Positions 18,855 through 28,646 of a DNA stretch of 64,000 nt are shown here, in pieces; the stretch's first letter is position 1; each line of letters opens with the position of its first letter. Origin of the DNA: a virus (taxonomy: Duplodnaviria > Caudoviricetes); the IMG/VR virus record IMGVR_UViG_3300020460_000014, positions 13,192 through 77,191 of that record; one strand, given 5' to 3'. Both the position numbers and the translations under genes were made by a program. The notes under the pieces were generated by a model. That model ran no database searches. It was given only the letters and a program-made list of their open reading frames with translations, and was not told where the DNA came from.

Positions 18855-18989
18855 ATGGCAGTAAGATTTGGAAATGAAAAACCTCCTAAGAAAAGAAGAA
18901 AAGGAGTACATGCAAAATGTAAGACTTCTAAGAATAAGAACTCTAAAAATTATAAGAAAAGATATAGAGGGCAAGGAAAAAGAAGATAA
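18855..18989 (+). CDS. small, extremely basic protein (44 aa), not in ORF track
   Basis: MAVRFGNEKPPKKRRKGVHAKCKTSKNKNSKNYKKRYRGQGKRR; GATAAATA at 18829-18836 upstream on the same strand. Confidence 0.7.
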   Translation: MAVRFGNEKPPKKRRKGVHAKCKTSKNKNSKNYKKRYRGQGKRR

Positions 18990-19259
18990 TCACAGCTTCC
19001 CAGCTGCATAAAAACTTCCATCATTTTTTTGAGGCTCTATTTTTATTGTTTTAATATCTTCATTATATCTAATATATGTAGATAGGGCCTTTCCTTGAGA
19101 ATCAGCATCTCTAAATGCATGATATGTTTCTTTTAAAACATTCTCATATTTATAAGAAGTTTTATTATTGAACGTTACTAATAAAATATTTTTTGTGTAA
19201 TCGTAAGTTGAAGACGATATTGTACTAGATTTATAATTTACTGTTTCTTTAAGTTTCAT
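18990..19259 (-). CDS. KTSC domain protein
   Basis: 'SSTISSSTYD..LLVTFNN..YKYENV....AF..ADSQGK...YIR'. Confidence 0.85.
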   Translation of the reverse strand: MKLKETVNYKSSTISSSTYDYTKNILLVTFNNKTSYKYENVLKETYHAFRDADSQGKALSTYIRYNEDIKTIKIEPQKNDGSFYAAGKL

Positions 19260-19274
19260 ATTTTGATTTTAGAT

Positions 19275-19303
19275 ATTATATACCTTATCTAAAAAAAGTT
19301 TAA
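19275..19303 (-). promoter_or_regulatory. AAAC-N17-TATAAT class promoter (KTSC)
   Basis: TTAAAC-17 nt-TATAAT. Confidence 0.65.
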
Positions 19304-21948
19304 AGAATGTTTGCTTGTGTCTGAACTATAGCATCTCCAGATGTTAATAAATTATAAAGTCGTTTTAATTCGAATACTACCTCTTCTTGAGACAAGGTAT
19401 CTCCATTTTGATCTCTAATTAATACATTAGCAGAAGATACTTCTGTTGTGGTTTTAGCAGGTTCTTTATCATCACTACCAAATAAACTTCCTACACTTTC
19501 AATTAAACCTTGATTACTTTGTTGTGCCTCACCGACTGTTCCTTCAAAATTAGCAATCATTAGTGCTAATTCACGAATTGCTTCAATAAGGTTTTCACCT
19601 AATAGTTCAATTGAATTTGCTCCTCCATTTTCACTAAGATATCCTAATGCCTCAAACATCTTTGTTGAAGAATTAATGGCCTCAATATTCATATCGTTTG
19701 AAGCGTCTGCAATATCTTCATACATTTCAGCTGCCGCCTCAAAAAGATCGATCATCTCATCAACATCTTCAAATTTTTCTACTTGAGAAAAACTATTTCC
19801 TACAATACCAATAACCCCTTCAATTTTTGAGGCTATTGCATTTGGATCTTCTAATCCTTTAAATTTATTTAAAGCGTCTGCTATACTATTTAATGTCTCT
19901 CCAGCGCCAGAAACAGAATCTATTCCTTCTGTTACTTTATTCTTTTTAATGGCAAATAAAGTTCCAAAAAATCCTCCAGCATCTACATTGCCCTCTTCAG
20001 CAACTGCTGCAAATGCTTGATTAACAAATCCCATAGTCTTTACAATACTATCTCCTAATGCGTCCCAATCAATATCTTTTTGTACTAAATTTTGAAAACC
20101 TATAAGTCCATCTGCTACATTTTTTAATACCTCTCCGGATCCAGAAACTGATTCAATTCCTTCTGCAACTTTATTCTTTTTAATACCAAATAAACTTCCA
20201 AAGAATCCTCCAGCATCTACATTGCCCTGTTCAGCAACTGCTGAGAACGCTTGATTAATAAATCCCATAGTATTAACAACAGCGTATCCTAACGTGCCTT
20301 TAGGATAATTACCTAACTCATCAGGGGCTCCAAATTCAATACCACTATCTATTAATTTTTTAAAAGACATTAAGCCATGTGCTATTCCCGTAAGTGCAGA
20401 TCCTGCCTCCATTACAGAAAGAATACCTTCTTGAACTTTATTTCTTTTAGTACCAAACATAGTATCAAAGAATCCTCCGCCTTGAACTAATTCTCCACCA
20501 CCTGCACTTGCAAATGCTAATGAAACACCTTGTAACATTCTTGTAAGTTCCAAACTATCTTCATCTTTCCAACCTACTTCTTTATATTTTATAAGTCCTT
20601 TACTAAGAAGAATCAATGCAAGTCCTGCTGCTGAATATCCAGCTGCAGCTGCTATTATTTTACCAGAATCTAATGCTCCTTTTAAAGCACCTCCAATTGC
20701 TCCAAAGAATCCTCCTTCCTCTTTTTCAGTTCCCATAAAGGCTGCTTTAACTCCTGCTAATGCAGTCGTTAACTTTGTTGTATCTTCATCGGTCCAATTT
20801 ACTTTCTGAAAGGCTATTAAACCAGCGGCTAAGGCAATTAAACTACCTCCAATTGCTGCAATCATTAATGGTCCTAAAAACGCAGCCCCAGCTGTTAATG
20901 CAACTAAAGCACCTAGTCCTGTCATTGCAAGTCCCACTCCAGAAATAACTGCCATTGTCCATCCAAAGAATTCCCAAGGAGATGGGGAGGCTGAAAATGC
21001 ATCAGCAAACATTGACATTCCTATCGCCAACGGTATTAATGATATACCAGCTAATATTAAAACTAGAGCGCCTTGAAGAATATGCGATGCTCCCTTACCG
21101 ACTGCAAACAAAATTAAAGAAATTCCACCTACTGCTGCCCCTATAAGAGCAAGAGTTTCATATGATTCTTGAGTTGGAGGAAACAAATACCCAAATACAG
21201 CAAGAGCCCCTCCTAAAAATAATATACCAATACTTGCCACAATAAGAGCTGCCGAGACTTTTTCCATAGCAGTTTCAACCTTTAATTTATCAATTAAATA
21301 AAAGGTTACGCCAAGGGTTAATATACTTAAAACAACATATGGAAGTGCTGTTATTGCAGTTGGCCATATAAGTGCTGAAAGTGCTAACAATCCTCCAAAT
21401 ATAAATAATGTATAACCTAGCCCTTCAATTGCCTCAATGGCCTGTTCAGATTCTTTGCTTGTTAAAGGCTTTGATGCCCATACAAGTGCTTTTGTAATAA
21501 CAAAGATACTTAAGGCAAATAAAGGCGCTGCTAAAATACCTACTACTAAAAGTGGGGTTGCTAATAATAAATACCCTGCAAATTCTAAAATAGCCTTACC
21601 TAAGCCTTTAATTGCAGTAATTCCCATCACTATTCCTTCCATCTTCTCTTTAGCCTCTTCTCCTGAAGAACCCATTCCATCTATTACTTTAGCAATAGAT
21701 CCTAATCCTTTTGCTATTGCATCAAGTCCTTTTTCTCCAAGAATAGTCCAAGCCATGGCCTCTTTAACGGTCAATCCACCAAAAAGAGAAACCTTTTCTA
21801 CTGATCCTTCTCTAGTATTTTGCTTCCTTATATTGTCAGCAATATCTTCTAAAAGGTTATACATATCTCCACCTGGAGAAACGGAATCAGCTATCTGTGC
21901 TTGTGCCTCGTAACTTAATTTTTCAAAAGGGGATTTAAAAGCGCTCAA
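19300..21948 (-). CDS. tail tape-measure / baseplate-hub-like protein with internal repeats
   Basis: 882 aa, Ala/Gly-rich helical with hydrophobic stretch; repeated 'GNVDAGGFFGxLFxIKKNKVxEGIxSVSG'; follows gp26/gp51-like genes; late motif at 21968-21975. Confidence 0.7.
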   Translation of the reverse strand: MSAFKSPFEKLSYEAQAQIADSVSPGGDMYNLLEDIADNIRKQNTREGSVEKVSLFGGLTVKEAMAWTILGEKGLDAIAKGLGSIAKVIDGMGSSGEEAKEKMEGIVMGITAIKGLGKAILEFAGYLLLATPLLVVGILAAPLFALSIFVITKALVWASKPLTSKESEQAIEAIEGLGYTLFIFGGLLALSALIWPTAITALPYVVLSILTLGVTFYLIDKLKVETAMEKVSAALIVASIGILFLGGALAVFGYLFPPTQESYETLALIGAAVGGISLILFAVGKGASHILQGALVLILAGISLIPLAIGMSMFADAFSASPSPWEFFGWTMAVISGVGLAMTGLGALVALTAGAAFLGPLMIAAIGGSLIALAAGLIAFQKVNWTDEDTTKLTTALAGVKAAFMGTEKEEGGFFGAIGGALKGALDSGKIIAAAAGYSAAGLALILLSKGLIKYKEVGWKDEDSLELTRMLQGVSLAFASAGGGELVQGGGFFDTMFGTKRNKVQEGILSVMEAGSALTGIAHGLMSFKKLIDSGIEFGAPDELGNYPKGTLGYAVVNTMGFINQAFSAVAEQGNVDAGGFFGSLFGIKKNKVAEGIESVSGSGEVLKNVADGLIGFQNLVQKDIDWDALGDSIVKTMGFVNQAFAAVAEEGNVDAGGFFGTLFAIKKNKVTEGIDSVSGAGETLNSIADALNKFKGLEDPNAIASKIEGVIGIVGNSFSQVEKFEDVDEMIDLFEAAAEMYEDIADASNDMNIEAINSSTKMFEALGYLSENGGANSIELLGENLIEAIRELALMIANFEGTVGEAQQSNQGLIESVGSLFGSDDKEPAKTTTEVSSANVLIRDQNGDTLSQEEVVFELKRLYNLLTSGDAIVQTQANIL

Positions 21949-21975
21949 TCTAACACTATTTTTTATTTATATATC

Positions 21976-22299
21976 CTAGATTTTTGGCATCTTAATAGTA
22001 GGCATCTTAGGCTGTTTAAATTGATTCATGTTAGGCATTTTTTGCTTAGCATATTGTTCATTAGCCTGTTCATCTTGTTCAGCCTGATTCTTTTGCTGCT
22101 TTTTCAAGTGATCTGATAAATTTTTGACATAATACCAATACTCGTAATATTCAAGATTATCTATTTCACTTGGCTGGAGATGTAGATGAAACCCCAGATA
22201 GAATTTAGTCTTAAAGAAGTTCTCCAGCGAGATCTGAAATAATGAAAAGACTTTTGATTCCACCTGGGAACTGAAGAGGGACCTTAACAAGTTCTCCAT
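21976..22299 (-). CDS. gp51: gp51-like baseplate hub assembly protein (start uncertain; possible frameshift product)
   Basis: 'SLENFFKTKFYLGFHLHLQPSEIDNLEYYEYWYYVKNL' resembles T4-like gp51 'SLENYYKTNF..HHKYSLTELENM.PWE.EIYV'. Confidence 0.65.
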   Translation of the reverse strand: MENLLRSLFSSQVESKVFSLFQISLENFFKTKFYLGFHLHLQPSEIDNLEYYEYWYYVKNLSDHLKKQQKNQAEQDEQANEQYAKQKMPNMNQFKQPKMPTIKMPKI

Positions 22300-23194
22300 C
22301 TACGTCTACTTCCATTTCAGGTTGAGCGCCTATTTTCATTTTTTCAGCAAGTCTATACGTGATCATATATTTCTTTTCATTCCATCCTTGGAATGCAACT
22401 TCTTGGTTAAAGATTTCTTTTGTGTTAAAACCTCGCCAATCTAATTGAATATAAGGTAGGATTTGAACGAATGCCTGATCCCAACGTTTCTTTTGCTCTT
22501 GCTGTTCTTTGATATATTTTGTTACTTCTTCCATAACGCCAATTGAAGGTGGTCTCATAAGAATTTCACCAGCAGATCTGGTTTGAATTCTATAACACCT
22601 TGCTATGGCATCATAATATTTTTCAATTTCTTCAGGAATTTCACTGACTGAAAAGTTTCTAGTTGCTAGCTCTACATCTTTTGTAGTACCATAACTATTT
22701 TCAGCCTTTAACATTAATTTGTTCTCCGGTTCTGGGAATGTTAGATCTCTAATTTGTAAAAGTATTGCAATTCTATCCTCTTCTAAAAGATCTTTATAAG
22801 ATAATTTTTTAGCAGCACATTCAATTCTACAACATGACTTAACAATACCATTTAACTTTTCTTCAATATCTAAAAGATTATTTTCTTGCATTGTTGAAAA
22901 ATGTCTAATTTCAGCGACTTTTGCGCTTCTAACACTTATTTTAGTATCTTTTGGGTAAAATCTACCTTTTGAAAAGAGTGTGTCTAAATTTACAGCATGA
23001 TATCCTAAATGAAAATCGGCAGATTCTGCCTTCTGTTTTCCAAATTTAGACATATCTACCGATCCTAAACCTTCTTTATTAATAGTTTCTTCGATTGGAT
23101 CGTTTGTTTTAGTAGAGTCTTCAAATGCTCCACCTTCTTGTTCTTTTTTATTTAAGAAATTTTCGAATTCTTCGTTGTTTTCGTCTTTGCTCAT
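22211..23194 (-). CDS. gp26: gp26-like baseplate hub / tail assembly protein
   Basis: 'ISVRSAKVAEI', 'DLLEEDR..ILLQIR', 'ILMRPPSIG'; position between tail tube and tape measure. Confidence 0.6.
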   Translation of the reverse strand: MSKDENNEEFENFLNKKEQEGGAFEDSTKTNDPIEETINKEGLGSVDMSKFGKQKAESADFHLGYHAVNLDTLFSKGRFYPKDTKISVRSAKVAEIRHFSTMQENNLLDIEEKLNGIVKSCCRIECAAKKLSYKDLLEEDRIAILLQIRDLTFPEPENKLMLKAENSYGTTKDVELATRNFSVSEIPEEIEKYYDAIARCYRIQTRSAGEILMRPPSIGVMEEVTKYIKEQQEQKKRWDQAFVQILPYIQLDWRGFNTKEIFNQEVAFQGWNEKKYMITYRLAEKMKIGAQPEMEVDVDGELVKVPLQFPGGIKSLFIISDLAGELL

Positions 23195-23211
23195 TTTACA
23201 AATTTTATAGA

Positions 23212-23240
23212 ATTATATAAAAGTATTTTAATTTGTTTCA
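23212..23240 (-). promoter_or_regulatory. AAAC-N17-TATAAT class promoter (gp26-like)
   Basis: TGAAAC-17 nt-TATAAT. Confidence 0.7.
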
Positions 23241-23428
23241 GAATCTTTAGATTTTTTTATTTCATTCTGAATTAATTCTCTAACATATGCACTAACCGAC
23301 TTTGGCCTTTGTTTATTTTTCAAAGCCTCACTTAGTATAATTTCATTTAATTTTTCAAACTCAGGTTCGTTTAATAGAACTTGGATTTTTTTAATTAATT
23401 TATTTACTATATAATCCTTGTCAGACAT
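23228..23428 (-). CDS. small putative ribbon-helix-helix DNA-binding protein
   Basis: 'KKIQVLLNEPEFEKL...SVSAYVRELI' strand-helix-helix pattern. Confidence 0.5.
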   Translation of the reverse strand: MSDKDYIVNKLIKKIQVLLNEPEFEKLNEIILSEALKNKQRPKSVSAYVRELIQNEIKKSKDSETN

Positions 23429-23462
23429 ATTATGTTAATATTATAATATTTTTTTAGGGTAT

Positions 23463-23492
23463 AAAAAAGAGAAGACTTATATAGCCTTCTCT
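23463..23492 (-). terminator. intrinsic terminator after tail tube gene
   Basis: AGAGAAG stem / CTTCTCT followed by T-run on minus strand. Confidence 0.75.
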
Positions 23493-23504
23493 CTAAATAT
23501 TATT

Positions 23505-24059
23505 TTAAACTAGTTCTTCAGACCAAGTATCACATCTCCATGAAACCGCTAATTCTTGAGGTTCTGCGTTATCATAAGATAAATCAGTTCCTGGGTTTAC
23601 TGCGCCTCCAATAAAACAATCTTCTAAAGTAATCTTTCTATAAATATCTCCAGCTCTATTGAACTGTACGATTACGATTTGACCAACATAATCTTTCTTA
23701 AGACCAGTTTCTCCAGTCTCTGGATTATATTGTAATCTTTGCCAATCTCTTATTGTTTTATAAGCATACATTTGATTTGCCTCATTAAGATTTAATGTGA
23801 ATGTAATTTCAACATCTAAATGAGAGTCTGCTGGAGTTCCAGCAAATGATCTGGTCGACCATTTAAACTTTTGTGCAATTGGATCACCGGCTTTATGAAG
23901 ATCTAAACCTGTAATACCTTTAACATGTTGTAATAACATTTCTTGTCCTCCTACTCCAGCAGGTGGAAGAATAGTTACTTCGAACATATTCATTAATACT
24001 GGTTCAAAATTCTTACCTTTCTTACTAGTTTGATCGTTTGAATAATGTGGTAATGCCAT
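23505..24059 (-). CDS. gp19: tail tube protein
   Basis: 'FEVTILPP', 'ITFTLNLN', 'W..LQYNPETG..KKDYVG.I.I.QF', 'LSYDN.....AVSW..D'. Confidence 0.88.
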   Translation of the reverse strand: MALPHYSNDQTSKKGKNFEPVLMNMFEVTILPPAGVGGQEMLLQHVKGITGLDLHKAGDPIAQKFKWSTRSFAGTPADSHLDVEITFTLNLNEANQMYAYKTIRDWQRLQYNPETGETGLKKDYVGQIVIVQFNRAGDIYRKITLEDCFIGGAVNPGTDLSYDNAEPQELAVSWRCDTWSEELV

Positions 24060-24103
24060 TTCTTTAATTTTATTTTTATTTAGTTTTATTATATATCTTT
24101 AAA

Positions 24104-24134
24104 ATTAAATAGAAAGGGTCCCATGACCCTTTCT
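24104..24134 (-). terminator. hairpin/terminator after sheath gene
   Basis: AGAAAGGGTC-loop-GACCCTTTCT perfect 10-bp stem. Confidence 0.7.
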
Positions 24135-24149
24135 TATAAAATTCTTTTT

Positions 24150-26768
24150 TTAGAAATTACCAGTAGCAATTTCTCCAGTATTAAGAATAGTTGTTCTATG
24201 TACAATTATTTCTAATCCTTTAACTGGCTCAACGTAAGTATCAAGAATACCCATATTATTATCGATAACTTCATTAGTATTATTAGTACTATCCATTACG
24301 TTTTTATATGCGTAAACACCTTGATCAGCAAGAACTGATTCCATAAATGAATCAGCAAGAGTCTTGATTTCAAGTCTTGTTTGAGCATCGTTGAATTCAA
24401 AAAGATAACCTTTAAGAATATCTGCTAATCCGTTTTCAATGTAAATTAATACCTCTCTAACATGTGCAGAACTTAATGCTGATTTTACGCTTTGTTGAGC
24501 AGTTTTATTACCTTTAATACTAAGACCAACTCCTCTTTCGAATACGATTGGGTTAATACCAAATGGCTCTAAATTATCTCTATCTGATTTATCAAATGCA
24601 TATTCTGCTCCAATTACATTAGTTCCAGATACGATTCCTCTACGAGGACCTGCAACTATTGACCATGGAAGTGCATTTGTGTATTTATCAATATAGTTAT
24701 TTGAAACATATGCAGCAGGTGGAACAACTGTAACCTTTCCATTCTCTCTAACATTTAATCCAGGTCCATAATAGAAACCATAATTAGCTCCTTCTCCAAT
24801 TGAAGGAAGAGCATAAATGCCAGATGGGTTTTGTGAAAGATCGCCACCACTTGCAACATGTTTAGAATCAAATTTTCCAAATGCATCTTTAAAAGATGGA
24901 TCTGTTGATTTTTTAAACTCTTCAACTGTTGGTGCATTTAAGATACAAGATACATTTTGTCTCTCTTTCGCAACTTGTGTGAGTTCGTTTTTATTTAATA
25001 TATTACCTGATTCAAAAGAACCAAAGCTATCTACGATATATCTAAAATCGATAACATCTTTATCTACTAGAGCAGATTTAACTCCTCCGCTATTAAATGC
25101 AGTTAAACAATCTTGGATGCTTTGATCAGTCATAACAGTTTTATCTAAAATAAACATTCTATAAACTTCAGCTCCATTTTCATAAGATTTAAATGCAACA
25201 ACATCATTAGGACTTAAACCACTTAGAATAGGTCTGTGACATGTTACAACATAATCATTTCCAGATTTTTTAATTCTAGTAACTTTTGCTAATTTATTAG
25301 GTTCATCTGCTTTTAAATAGTCGCCTACAGAAAGTGGGAAGGCAGCTCCAGTAGCTCCAGAAAAAGTACCGGTTGAACTTCCATCGCCTGAGAATGTAAA
25401 TTGATCTATTGCAATTTCTCTATTTCCAGCTGCTGCGTCTTTTGTAAGTAGGCTAATATCCATATCTCCAACAGATCCTGCATCTTCATAAGATGAATGC
25501 CATGTAAGACCTGCTTCAACATCTAATAATAGATTTCCGTTTGCTGTCATAACTTTAACGCTAGAATATTCTCCAGAATCAGTTTGAACGTAATATTCAA
25601 CACTGTCATTATAATCATAATCTGCTAAAGTTATTGCCTCACCAGACCAAGTTGCTCCTGCTCCGCCATTTGCAGCGTCTGAGTCCCATGCCTGAATTTT
25701 TAAACGAGTACCATTAATAATAGTTGCTGTAAAACCGTCAGTGGATCCACCAACATTTGCAAATTCTACAGTAGTCATTGCTTGAGGAAAACTTGGTGAA
25801 GTATTGCTATCAGTGTATGATAATAATTCATATTGTGCTGTTGCATCAGTGTTATGACCTACTAAATCAACGTTTCCAGCTTCAACATTATCTTCATCAA
25901 TTGCACAAAATAAACCAGTTTTTCTTGTTTCTGCATTTATTTGCTGTTCAATGTATAATCCATTTCCTTCAAGATCCATAAATCCTGGTAGAATAGAACC
26001 AGTGTATTGCGCAATAAGTGAAACTTGTCTTTCATTTGTAAATGATGTAAGTTTAGCCTTTTTAAGACCATCTGCTGTAAAATAATCACCATATACTGGA
26101 TCATATTGCATTGAAGCTGCATCAAATTTTCCTTTGAAAACAAGAACATCTACCATATAATCTGAAATATGATCGAATTCATCAACCCCTTCTGGGATAT
26201 TTCCTTCACCATACCATTCTCTTGCTGTCATTTCGAATCCTTTAACATCTTGAGCCTGTCTAACAATAACTGAAAGATTATCTTTTCCTAAATTAACTAT
26301 ATTTAATACTGCTGTTGCAGAAGTGCCTGCAACTTCTAAAAATGATTTATCTTCAGGAAACATAAATTTATCAGTATTATGAAATTTAGCAAAAGAATCT
26401 GAACTTGTTCCAGATTGAGCACCTGAAGTACTTCCATCTGTATTTATTTGAACAAACGCTGCTAAATCTTGCGTTTCATCAAATTCTGCTAAATTTAATG
26501 CTAAAATAGGACCTCTTTTTAATGCCTCTAAACAAGATCTATGAAAGAACATTCCTTTCTTTTCTAATTTTTTGTCTATGCCTCCGAAAATAAGAACAAA
26601 AGATTCTGTATCTTCAACATAAACTGGCGTGTTGTAAGGTCCTTTACGAGAGTGACCTGCAACCAACCTAATAGTCTCTGCAGATATACTAGATACCTGA
26701 GACTTATCAAATTCTAAACGGTAAACACCGCTAGATTTGAATTGTAATAATTGAGGACTAAGTGCCAT
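24150..26768 (-). CDS. gp18: tail sheath protein (with large internal insertion)
   Basis: 'KSSGVYRLEFD', 'KGPYNTPV', 'VPPAAYVS', 'PWSIVAGPRRG', 'RDNLEPFGINPI', 'VREVLIYIE'. Confidence 0.95.
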   Translation of the reverse strand: MALSPQLLQFKSSGVYRLEFDKSQVSSISAETIRLVAGHSRKGPYNTPVYVEDTESFVLIFGGIDKKLEKKGMFFHRSCLEALKRGPILALNLAEFDETQDLAAFVQINTDGSTSGAQSGTSSDSFAKFHNTDKFMFPEDKSFLEVAGTSATAVLNIVNLGKDNLSVIVRQAQDVKGFEMTAREWYGEGNIPEGVDEFDHISDYMVDVLVFKGKFDAASMQYDPVYGDYFTADGLKKAKLTSFTNERQVSLIAQYTGSILPGFMDLEGNGLYIEQQINAETRKTGLFCAIDEDNVEAGNVDLVGHNTDATAQYELLSYTDSNTSPSFPQAMTTVEFANVGGSTDGFTATIINGTRLKIQAWDSDAANGGAGATWSGEAITLADYDYNDSVEYYVQTDSGEYSSVKVMTANGNLLLDVEAGLTWHSSYEDAGSVGDMDISLLTKDAAAGNREIAIDQFTFSGDGSSTGTFSGATGAAFPLSVGDYLKADEPNKLAKVTRIKKSGNDYVVTCHRPILSGLSPNDVVAFKSYENGAEVYRMFILDKTVMTDQSIQDCLTAFNSGGVKSALVDKDVIDFRYIVDSFGSFESGNILNKNELTQVAKERQNVSCILNAPTVEEFKKSTDPSFKDAFGKFDSKHVASGGDLSQNPSGIYALPSIGEGANYGFYYGPGLNVRENGKVTVVPPAAYVSNNYIDKYTNALPWSIVAGPRRGIVSGTNVIGAEYAFDKSDRDNLEPFGINPIVFERGVGLSIKGNKTAQQSVKSALSSAHVREVLIYIENGLADILKGYLFEFNDAQTRLEIKTLADSFMESVLADQGVYAYKNVMDSTNNTNEVIDNNMGILDTYVEPVKGLEIIVHRTTILNTGEIATGNF

Positions 26769-26828
26769 AATTTTTATCTATTTTTTTAGTTTTATTATTG
26801 TATATATCTGACTAAAATAAAATTTATT

Positions 26829-28646
26829 CTATAAAAGATCGTAAATATCATAATTTAAATCTCCTTGGTCGGTTGATTCATTATATAGAATAAATTCCAT
26901 ATGATCATGTACTTCCGGATCAATGATATCTAATAATTCTTCAATAGTATCAGCGTACTGAGTTGTATTAAAAAATTCAGTTGCTATTATACTAGACATG
27001 GCCAAATCATCATGTCCCATTTGGGCACCATAACTGCCATTTGGAAGGGTTCCAAATAAACTGATTTCATTTGTTGTTTCAAATTCGGTTATTGAAATTT
27101 TATTATTTTCATAAAGAGATTTAAAATTTTGGCAAAATATAGGTTTATTATCATTTTTTATTTTGATACCATGTTTCATTCCCCTTGCATCATGTCTATG
27201 TTTAAATCTAAGAATCATCTCCTCATCAAAATCATTTCTTCTTGGAAAAACTGTTTGTAAATAGTTAAGAAGAACTGCTCCGTATGTATTAAATTCTATG
27301 ATCATTTTAACATTTTCATTGTACATTAAATCTACTCCAATAATATACAAACATTTTGCAAAATCTTCTATTATATGTTCATTACTTCTAAAAACACCAA
27401 CTTGTGTTAATTTAAAGAAATCATACATTGCTCCGGGAGTTGGAACGCTTTCCATTTCTTTTTTAGTCATTGGATCTACCCTAAATATATTAATAATAGA
27501 ATAGTCTCCTCCATTTCCCTCTGCAATATCAACCGTTAACAACCAATACTTATCTCTGTCCTTTAATGTATCAACATCAAAGCCAGGATGCCAGTTTAAA
27601 AAACCCTTAGTATCTATTTGAGAATCTATGAATTCATCAAATTCATGATGAACATATTCTTTCATTTTACTTCTCATCTTTTTCATAGACCCTGGATCTA
27701 ATAATAAATTAGATGAACTTACAAACTCATTTCCATACTGTCTATTAAAAGCCTCTATACTTCCAAGATTTGCCAATTCTCTTTTATACCAATTATCGTC
27801 TCTATCTGGATGTTGCCACCAATCTATTCTCATAGGGTGATATTCGTTGTCTCCTCTTTCTGCGGCACTATATATTTTATAGAATTTATTAAATCCATTA
27901 GGGGTGCTAGTAATAATAATTCTAGACACTTTAGATGCAGAAAGTGTGGGATAAACGTTTTCATAAAAAGTATCAACGATTGATGGGTGTATATGTGCAA
28001 ACTCATCTAAGAATAATAAGTGAATTGTAAAACCAATACCAGCCTTTGCTGTTGTACTCTGTCCTACCAATCTACTTCCATTATCACACTTCACATTCAT
28101 TACATCATATTTTGTAATTCCTGGTTTCATAAAGAATGGAAGATTCTCTATAACAACCTTTGCCTTATCAATAATTTCTTTTGTCGTATCAGATTTATTG
28201 GCCAGTAAGAGTGTATTTTTATCTGTTGAAAACGTTAAGAACCATGCGTTAAAAATACTGGCCATTACCGTTTTACCCATTTGACGAGAGGCTAAACAAA
28301 TATTAAATCTATTATTTTGAAAGTTTCTCAACATGTCTTTTTGATAGTCTCTCAATTTTACCTGTTGAATCCCCTCGTCTGTTAAAACCACTGCATATTT
28401 TTCTGCAAAATAAACAATATCTTTTGCGCATCTAGCAAGCTCTTGAATTTCTTCATCAGTGTATTCAAAAACAATATTGCCCTTTCTTAAAAATTGACGA
28501 CCCTCATAAAATGGCATTTTTACTTGAGGCTTATAACCTTGGTCCATTGCCACTACAAGGTCTTCTATTTTTTTAGTAGACCATACTAACCTATCAGAAC
28601 TTGCCTGATCAGTTTCCTTCGGTATCCAATAATTATCATTGCTCAT
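26829..28646 (-). CDS. gp17: terminase large subunit
   Basis: 'LRDYQ', 'SRQMGKT', Walker B 'LFLDEFAH', 'ITSTPNGFN', nuclease 'DIAEGNGGDYS', 'GHDDLAM'. Confidence 0.97.
   Translation of the reverse strand: MSNDNYWIPKETDQASSDRLVWSTKKIEDLVVAMDQGYKPQVKMPFYEGRQFLRKGNIVFEYTDEEIQELARCAKDIVYFAEKYAVVLTDEGIQQVKLRDYQKDMLRNFQNNRFNICLASRQMGKTVMASIFNAWFLTFSTDKNTLLLANKSDTTKEIIDKAKVVIENLPFFMKPGITKYDVMNVKCDNGSRLVGQSTTAKAGIGFTIHLLFLDEFAHIHPSIVDTFYENVYPTLSASKVSRIIITSTPNGFNKFYKIYSAAERGDNEYHPMRIDWWQHPDRDDNWYKRELANLGSIEAFNRQYGNEFVSSSNLLLDPGSMKKMRSKMKEYVHHEFDEFIDSQIDTKGFLNWHPGFDVDTLKDRDKYWLLTVDIAEGNGGDYSIINIFRVDPMTKKEMESVPTPGAMYDFFKLTQVGVFRSNEHIIEDFAKCLYIIGVDLMYNENVKMIIEFNTYGAVLLNYLQTVFPRRNDFDEEMILRFKHRHDARGMKHGIKIKNDNKPIFCQNFKSLYENNKISITEFETTNEISLFGTLPNGSYGAQMGHDDLAMSSIIATEFFNTTQYADTIEELLDIIDPEVHDHMEFILYNESTDQGDLNYDIYDLL

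Noticed and set aside
19895-20500. Repeats in the tape-measure gene as a possible CRISPR array or mobile repeat
   Set aside because: They are degenerate in-frame coding repeats (about 234-bp period) with no repeat-spacer architecture; no cas genes are present.
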